From: an uncultured bacterium
GTDB taxonomy: Bacteria > Planctomycetota > UBA1135 > GCA-002686595
Direction: 5' to 3'
Assembly (NCBI GenBank): GCA_943787795.1
Contig: CALSNU010000005.1
Coordinates: forward strand, 64,001 to 128,000
Length of the DNA: 64,000 nucleotides
A program made the position numbers and the translations under genes. Positions 57,979 to 64,000 of the stretch are shown here, piece by piece. How positions within the stretch are numbered: position 1 is the first letter of the stretch; each line of letters starts with the position of its first letter. A model generated the notes under the pieces. It was not told where the DNA came from. It ran no database searches and was given only the letters and a program-made list of their open reading frames with translations.

Positions 57979-59079
57979 ATGGCCGAGCCCAACCAACGCT
58001 CCGACGGAGCCGCCTCGCCCCTGGGGCCGATCTCTGCGGTGGTCGTGAACTACCAGGGAGAGGCGTACCTGGAGGCGTGCATCCGCTCGATCCAGGCGCA
58101 GTCGCTGCCAGTGGCGGAGCTCATCGTCGTGGAGAACGCGAGCACCGACGGCAGCCTCAACCTGCTCAACACACAGTTCCGGGGCATCGAGACCCTCCGG
58201 ATGGTGGAGAACGTCGGCGCGTGCACCGCGAGGAACGTCGGCATGCGAGCCGCGAAGTACCGCTGGGTACTCCTCGTGGACAACGATGTCGTGCTCGCGG
58301 ACGACACCCTCGAGCACCTCGCGGCGGCGGTCTCGGTCGAGGAAGGCGCGGTGATGGCGCAGCCGCGGAGCCTCTTCAAGGCGGACCCCACCCGGGTCCA
58401 CTACGACGGAGGTGACTTCCACTTTGCCGGGCTCATCAGTCTCCACAACTTCGGTGCAGAGGTCGGGGCCCTCGAGTCGCCGCCGGTGGAAGACATCAAC
58501 GTGGCGATCTCCCTCTGCCTGCTCGTGGACAAGAAGGCCGCCATCGAGGTCGGCGGCTTCGACGAGTCGTTCTTCATCCTCTTCGAGGACCTCGATCTCT
58601 CGCATCGACTGAGGCTGGCGGGTCACCGGATCCTGAAGGTCAACTCCGCGGCGGTCCTGCATGACGCGGGGACCGCGGGGATCAGCTTCCGTGAGGGCAC
58701 GGACTATCCCGGCCGGCGGGTCTTCTTTCACTCGCGCAACCGCTGGCTGTACATGGCCAAGTGCCACCGCCTCTGGACGCTCCTCCTGAGCGCACCGGGC
58801 CTGCTCATCTACGAGGCCGCGTGGGTCCTCTTCTCCGCGAAGCAGGGTCACCTGGGTTCATGGTGGCGCGGGAAGGTGGCCTTCTTCGGGCGCCTGCCGG
58901 AGGTGCTCAGGCGCCGGCGGCAAGTCCAGCGCGGCCGCAAGATCGGCGACCGCGGGCTGCTGGTCGGGGGGCCGCTGACGCTCAGCCCCAACCTCTCCTC
59001 CTCGGGCGGCCTCGGGCTTCGACTGTTGGACGGCGCGCTCCGTGGATGGTGGGGGCTGTGCCGCTGGTTCGTGGTGTGA
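57979..59079 (+). CDS. Glycosyltransferase family 2
   Basis: SAVVVNY, VVENASTDGS, LLVDNDV, GGFDESFFILFEDLDL, RNRW. Confidence 0.9.
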   Translation: MAEPNQRSDGAASPLGPISAVVVNYQGEAYLEACIRSIQAQSLPVAELIVVENASTDGSLNLLNTQFRGIETLRMVENVGACTARNVGMRAAKYRWVLLVDNDVVLADDTLEHLAAAVSVEEGAVMAQPRSLFKADPTRVHYDGGDFHFAGLISLHNFGAEVGALESPPVEDINVAISLCLLVDKKAAIEVGGFDESFFILFEDLDLSHRLRLAGHRILKVNSAAVLHDAGTAGISFREGTDYPGRRVFFHSRNRWLYMAKCHRLWTLLLSAPGLLIYEAAWVLFSAKQGHLGSWWRGKVAFFGRLPEVLRRRRQVQRGRKIGDRGLLVGGPLTLSPNLSSSGGLGLRLLDGALRGWWGLCRWFVV

Positions 59080-59156
59080 GCGAGGTCTGGCGCACCGGAC
59101 TGTCTGCCCAGGCCCAGCGACAGCCACTTTCTGGCCAGCCACTGCCCCCCCCGCGA

Positions 59157-59231
59157 TGTCCACACGGCCCCTGTACATACGGCCGCTGTACACACGGCCG
59201 CTGTCCACACGGCCGCTGTACACACGGCCGC
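59157..59231. repeat. 15-bp tandem repeat, 5 copies (TGTACACACGGCCGC)
   Basis: Units at 59157, 59172, 59187, 59202 and 59217. Confidence 0.9.
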
Positions 59232-59380
59232 CGGCCGCCCTGTCAAGGCCGCGCCACCCGCAGGCCGGCCGCAAGCGAGCCACTCGCCCCCAGGCCCTCT
59301 CGCTGCCGCGCCACGACGGGTGGCTGCTCCGGGCATTCTGCGGCGCGCGGGACTAGGGTGGAGTAGGCCCCTTCTGAACC

Positions 59381-60844
59381 ATGCGCGTCCTCCTCGCCAC
59401 TCACCTCTACCCGCCGCACCACACCGCCGGCGTGGAGGTGTTCGCCTCCGTCACGGGTGCGCACATTGCGGCGGCGGGGCACGAGGTGGTCGTGGTCACC
59501 ACGGAGAAGGACATCGCCCAGCCGGACCTCTCCACCCGGGAGCGAGAGCACGCCGGGCTGCGGGTGATCGAGGTGATCAACAACCTCTTCGCGCGGACCT
59601 TCGAGGAGACCTGGCGTCGACCGGCGATGGATCGAGTCCTCGCTCGCGTGCTGGATGAGGTGCGCCCGGAGGTCGTCCATGTTCACCACCTGCTCTACCT
59701 GTCCGCTGGCCTGCTCGACCTCTGCGAGGAGCGAGGGATTCCGGTGGTCATGACCATCCACGACTTCTGGCTGGGGTGCGCGCGGTTCGGCCAGCTGCTC
59801 CATCCCGATGGGTCGCGCTGCGCGCACGTGGATGTGAAGCGCTGCGGGACGTGCCTGCCGAGCTTCAAGTGGCGTCAGTCCGACCTCGAGCGGCGGGTGG
59901 CCCGCGGAGTCTCCGCCGTGAAGGGCGTGACCGGGCTCGACGTGTCGGGTCCGGTGCGGCGGCTGGCCGCTGCTGCCCGAAGCGAGCCTGGTCCGAGCTG
60001 GGCGCCGCCCTCGGGCGGGGAGGCCGCGCGCTTCGAGGGAGCCGCGTCGAGCCGCCTGGAGGACCTCGTCTCCACCCTCCGGCGCTGCGTGGACCGGGTG
60101 CTGCTGCCTGCGCGCTTCATGGTCCCCTGGTTCGAGGAGCTGGGGCTCGACCCCGCGCGGCTCCACGTGGAGACCACCGGCGTGGACTGGGAGGGCGCAA
60201 GGCACCACCCGCGGGTCGAGCGTGGCCAGGGGGAGCCGGTGCGAGTCCTCTTCCTGGGGTCTCTGGTGCCCCACAAGGCGCCTCACCTCCTCCTCGAGGC
60301 GTGGGGCCAGCTCCCCGGGGTGACGCGTGAGGCCGCGACCCTGCGGGTCCTCGGTCCAGATCAACACGAGGCCGGCTACGTGGAGGGCCTGCGGCGAGCA
60401 GCTGAGCCCCTCAACGTCACGGTGGGGGGCGCCCTCGGGCGCGAGGAAGTGCGCGCGGAGATGGCCCGAACCGACGTGCTCGTGACGCCCAGCCAGTGGA
60501 CCGAGATCCGCCCGCTCGTGATGCTCGAGGCCTTCGCCGCGGGGGCCCGGGTGATCGCCACCGACCTCGGTGGCATGGCAGAGCTGGTGGCGGACGGTCT
60601 GCCGGGCACGCTCTTCCGCGAGGGAGACGTGAAGGGGCTGCGAGCCGCGCTGGCCTCCGAGTTGGAGATCGCCCGGGGCGTGGGCGGGGGCGTCACGAGC
60701 GCCGCTCCCGTCCCTGCTGCGGGTCCCACGAGCGGACTCACGAGGGGCCCCAGCCCTCGCTTCAGGGCGTGGTCCGAGGTGGGCGACGCGCTGATCGAAC
60801 ACTACGAGCGGGCGGTCCGAGGAGATCGGGCCCCGATCGGATAG
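59381..60844 (+). CDS. Glycosyltransferase family 4
   Basis: MRVLLATHLYPP, VMTIHDFWLGC, FLGSLVPHK, PSQWTEIRPLVMLEAFAAGARVIATDLGGMAE. Confidence 0.9.
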   Translation: MRVLLATHLYPPHHTAGVEVFASVTGAHIAAAGHEVVVVTTEKDIAQPDLSTREREHAGLRVIEVINNLFARTFEETWRRPAMDRVLARVLDEVRPEVVHVHHLLYLSAGLLDLCEERGIPVVMTIHDFWLGCARFGQLLHPDGSRCAHVDVKRCGTCLPSFKWRQSDLERRVARGVSAVKGVTGLDVSGPVRRLAAAARSEPGPSWAPPSGGEAARFEGAASSRLEDLVSTLRRCVDRVLLPARFMVPWFEELGLDPARLHVETTGVDWEGARHHPRVERGQGEPVRVLFLGSLVPHKAPHLLLEAWGQLPGVTREAATLRVLGPDQHEAGYVEGLRRAAEPLNVTVGGALGREEVRAEMARTDVLVTPSQWTEIRPLVMLEAFAAGARVIATDLGGMAELVADGLPGTLFREGDVKGLRAALASELEIARGVGGGVTSAAPVPAAGPTSGLTRGPSPRFRAWSEVGDALIEHYERAVRGDRAPIG

Positions 60845-60853
60845 GCTCGGCCC

Positions 60854-61678
60854 ATGGCATCGACGTGGACGATTTCGCGCCGCCAAGGGCGCTGCGCGGA
60901 GACCGAGCGTGAATTCGAGGAGGGGGAGCGACACGTTTCGCTCCTCACCGTCGTCGAGGGCGCGCTCGAGCGCGCGGACCTCTCGGTGGGGGCGTGGCAG
61001 TCCTTCCAGGAGAGGATCGACTCCGGCGAGGCGGAGCCGCCCCTGTTCCACTGGTTCACACGGCACCTCGTGACGCGGAAGAAGACGGTCCAGCTGGACC
61101 TCGAATCCCTCGACCGGCTCTTCCTCGAGCTCGAGGGGCGCGAGGAACTGCAGGTGCGCGAGCTCCGCTACGTGCTCTGCCTGCTGCTGATGCGCAAGCG
61201 CAGGGTGAAGGTGGAGAAGGTCCTACGAGAGGGTGACGAGGAGGCGTTCATCGTCAAGCGCCCCCGGGACGACCGCCGCTTCAAGGTCTTCGTCTACGAC
61301 TTCGAGGCGGACCGCCTCGATGAGGTTCGCGCCCAGCTGCAGGCCGTGTTCGATGGCGCCGAGGGGCCCCACGGCATCCGACTGGGCCTGGAAGACGACG
61401 ATATGGAGGGGGATGCGGCCGAGGCGCCGGACGCCGGAGCCTCCACCTCCGAGGGGTCCAGCCCCGCAGCAGCATCCAAGCCCGCGGCAGAATCCCAGCC
61501 CACGGCAGAATCCCAGCCCACGGCAGAATCCGCTCCCCAAGAGGGTCCCGGAGCTGAGCCGGCTGAGTCCGTCGAGCTGGCTGAGCCCGTCGAGTCGGCT
61601 GAGCCCGTCGAGTCGGCTGAGCCCGCCGAGTCGGCTGAGGCGGTCAAGTCCGGGGTCGAAGCCCCGGCTGAAGCCTAG
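60854..61678 (+). CDS. Conserved-looking hypothetical protein with a repetitive acidic tail
   Basis: Globular N-part (LRYVLCLLLMRKRRVK). Tail encoded by 18-bp repeats (PTAESQ and AEPVES units, about 61463-61640). Confidence 0.7.
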   Translation: MASTWTISRRQGRCAETEREFEEGERHVSLLTVVEGALERADLSVGAWQSFQERIDSGEAEPPLFHWFTRHLVTRKKTVQLDLESLDRLFLELEGREELQVRELRYVLCLLLMRKRRVKVEKVLREGDEEAFIVKRPRDDRRFKVFVYDFEADRLDEVRAQLQAVFDGAEGPHGIRLGLEDDDMEGDAAEAPDAGASTSEGSSPAAASKPAAESQPTAESQPTAESAPQEGPGAEPAESVELAEPVESAEPVESAEPAESAEAVKSGVEAPAEA

Positions 61679-61788
61679 GCCAGCGCCCTGGCGGACGGCC
61701 AGGCGGGCGGCTCGACGCCATACGATCGGGGCCTTCCCCGGCTCGGGCTCCTGGTCGTGGCGGCCCGGTCGGTGCAAGGCGCCCGGCG

Positions 61789-61905
61789 GGCTGATGGACC
61801 CGGCTGATGGACCCGGCTGACGGGGCCGGCTGACGGGGCCGGCTGACGGGGCCGACTGAAGGGGCCGGCTGAAGGAGTCGGCTGAAGGAGTCGGCTGATG
61901 GGGCC
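61789..61905. repeat. 13-bp tandem repeat, 9 copies (GGCTGAYGGRSCC-like)
   Basis: Units every 13 nt from 61789, with blocks of variants. Confidence 0.9.
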
Positions 61906-62184
61906 GATGGCTGGAGCTGGACTCGCCTGCTGGGTGATGTCGCTCAGTCGCCCCTCGAGTGGCTCTCGCCAGGGCTCCGCGTCCGTGCCCATCGTTTGCT
62001 GAGCCTCGCTGGGGGAGCCCTGCGCGCCAGATCCTGCGCGCCAGATCGCGCGCGCCAGAGCTGCGCGCCGGTGCGGTGATGCCATCCCCAGGACGGGGCC
62101 CTGAGCCCACCAGGGGAGGCGGAGCCCTGCCACGCCTTGGTCAGGGGCCGTACCGGGACCGGGGGCCGAGGCAGGGAGAGGGCT

Positions 62185-62259
62185 GGCCCGGCGCGGGGAG
62201 GCCCGGCGCGGGGAGGCCCGGCGCGGGGAGGCCCGGCGCGGGGAGGTTCGGCGCGGGGA
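62185..62259. repeat. 15-bp tandem repeat, 5 copies (GGCCCGGCGCGGGGA)
   Basis: Four perfect units and one variant. Confidence 0.9.
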
Positions 62260-62580
62260 GCCCCGGGAGTGGGGCGATCCGATGGCGCGACCTTCGGGAC
62301 TGCCGAGGCGCCGAGGGGGCGTTCGATCGCGCGGTGGCATGGAGTGGCATGGGGGAGATCCACCGGCCGCGGGGGACGCGGGGCGCGACATGCGACCGCG
62401 CCAGTTGTGGTGGCCCGCCGCCGAGGGGCACTACATCTAGCGTTGGTAGGGCTCGCCGGACATTAAGGACACATCATCTTGTGCCTCGCGGCTGATTGTG
62501 CGCTTGCGGCCTAAGTGTTTGTCAGGGCTTGGCTTAGAAACCCATCGACTTTGCTGGAGGGGTGCCTTGTGTAGATCGAG

Positions 62581-62640
62581 GTGGCACTGCAAGCTACCCG
62601 GGTGGCACAGGAATGGCATAGAAAGGCAGCAACTGGCAGT
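62581..62640 (+). promoter_or_regulatory. Phased TGGCA repeats upstream of mraZ (candidate MraZ operator)
   Basis: TGGCA/AGGCA at 62582, 62603, 62614, 62624 and 62634 (spacings 21, 11, 10, 10), just before GGAGG. Confidence 0.55.
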
Positions 62641-62652
62641 GGAGGTCATCCG

Positions 62653-63129
62653 ATGACCCCCGCCCGCCGAAGGCGCTTCCTTGGGCCGTCCGAGCACACG
62701 GTCGACAAGAAGGGCCGCATGTCCTTCGCGAAGCGTTTCCAGGACGCTCTCGACCGCGACGAGGAGAACCGCCCCTACGGCGTGATGTGCCTCGAGCCCT
62801 CCCACGGCCGCTGCATCTGGGTCTTCAACGATGAGGGCTTCGATCAGGAGATGGAGGGGTTCGGCACCGGCGCCTTCGCCTCGGAGGGCGCGGCCGACCT
62901 CGACAGCCAGCGGGACTTCTTCGAGTTCGTCGCGGAGTTCACGCTCGACACCTCCGGCCGCCTCGTGCTGCCGGCGCGCTTCAGGGAGATCGCCGGGATC
63001 GGCGACGAGGTCGTCGCGGTCGGCATGCGCAGCCGCGCCGAGATCTGGTCCAGGGACCGCTGGGGCGATCGCCACCGCGGCGCCAAGTCACCGCTCCACC
63101 ACGCCGGCGACCCGGAGGTCCAGGCGTGA
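62653..63129 (+). CDS. mraZ: Transcriptional regulator MraZ
   Basis: Two DxxxR repeats (TVDKKGR, TLDTSGRLVLP) and AEIWS; immediately upstream of rsmH. Confidence 0.88.
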   Translation: MTPARRRRFLGPSEHTVDKKGRMSFAKRFQDALDRDEENRPYGVMCLEPSHGRCIWVFNDEGFDQEMEGFGTGAFASEGAADLDSQRDFFEFVAEFTLDTSGRLVLPARFREIAGIGDEVVAVGMRSRAEIWSRDRWGDRHRGAKSPLHHAGDPEVQA

Positions 63130-63200
63130 GCTCCATCCAATCCTCCGCGAGCGGGCCCGTCCCCCCGCTCCGCAGTCTCCAGCTGAATGTGCGCTCTGCG

Positions 63201-64000
63201 ATGACGGACCCCACAAGTGACGGACACGTGCACATCCCCGTGCTGGCCCAGGAAGTCATGCGTCTGCTGGGGGGTAGACGCGATAACGACTCCCTTTGTG
63301 GCCTGCTGGTGGATGCGACGCTGGGTGCCGGGGGGCACTCAGCACTCCTGCTCGAGCGCTTCCCGCGCCTATGCCTCCTAGGGGTGGACCAGGATCCCGA
63401 GATCCTGTCCATCGCGCGGGAGCGTCTCGAGCCCTTTCAAGGCCGCGTGCGCACCGAGCACGCCCGGATGTCCGAGCTGGACGGCCTCCTCGCGGAGGTG
63501 GACCAGCCCGTGGTCGGGGTCCTGATGGACCTCGGCGCGAGCTCCCTGCAGCTGGACCGGCCCGAGCGCGGCTTCTCCTTCTCCTGGGACGGGCCCCTGG
63601 ACATGCGCATGGACCCGCGGCGCGAGCGCGACGCGGCGACCATCGTGAACCAGTGGGACGAGGGCGACCTCGCGGACCTGTTCTTCCACGAGGGGGGAGA
63701 GCGCGGAGCCCGCAAGGTCGCGCGCGCCATCGTCGAGGCACGCCGGCGGGTGCCGTTCAAGCGGACCCGCGCCCTCAGCGAGCTGGTCGCCATCAGCCTC
63801 GGGCGGCCGATCCGGTCCCAGAGCGCTTCCCAACGCCCTCAGAGGCCTGGGAAGGCGCCCATTCACCCCGCCACGAGGGTCTTTCAGGCCCTCCGGAGGG
63901 CGGTGAACGAGGAGGCGGAGGAGCTTGAGGCCGGTCTCGAGGCGGCTCGGACGCACCTCGCGCCGGGGGGGCGACTCCTCGCGATCTCTTTCCACAGCGG
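63201..64000 (+). CDS. rsmH: 16S rRNA m4C1402 methyltransferase RsmH (partial, runs off the window)
   Basis: Manual translation: HIPVLAQEV...VDATLGAGGHS...GVDQDP...DLGASSLQLD..ERGFSF..DGPLDMRMD...HPATRVFQALRRAVNEE...GGRLLAISFHS. Confidence 0.95.
   Translation, partial: MTDPTSDGHVHIPVLAQEVMRLLGGRRDNDSLCGLLVDATLGAGGHSALLLERFPRLCLLGVDQDPEILSIARERLEPFQGRVRTEHARMSELDGLLAEVDQPVVGVLMDLGASSLQLDRPERGFSFSWDGPLDMRMDPRRERDAATIVNQWDEGDLADLFFHEGGERGARKVARAIVEARRRVPFKRTRALSELVAISLGRPIRSQSASQRPQRPGKAPIHPATRVFQALRRAVNEEAEELEAGLEAARTHLAPGGRLLAISFHS

Overview
High-GC (roughly 70%) bacterial chromosome segment. It is most likely from the PVC superphylum, probably a planctomycete, because it encodes the PVC-signature small basic protein. 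Left to right: a partial oppA-like gene; a Tat-lipoprotein SnoaL-like protein; a serine hydrolase; a five-gene peptide/nickel-family ABC transporter with large insertions; a RegB/RegA-type redox two-component system directly upstream of an alternative complex III (actA, B, C, fused D-E, F, G-like) plus SCO and an A2-type caa3 oxidase; a HAD phosphatase resembling the archaeal TIGR02253 type; a 13-kb minus-strand locus (secretin, two exported TPR-like proteins, ExbB, ExbD, ExbD, second paralogous secretin) with no ATPase, pilin or TonB gene; udg/mtaB; a TPR lipoprotein; the PVC small basic protein; a frameshifted queE; der; a glycosyltransferase cluster; and mraZ-rsmH (start of a dcw-like cluster). 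Many intergenic regions carry unrelated 9-19 bp tandem minisatellites. I recognised no CRISPR array, rRNA, tRNA or transposase. The best candidate for an undescribed system is the possibly PMF-energised dual-secretin/TPR/ExbBDD locus. All calls come from reading motifs by eye; no database searches were run.
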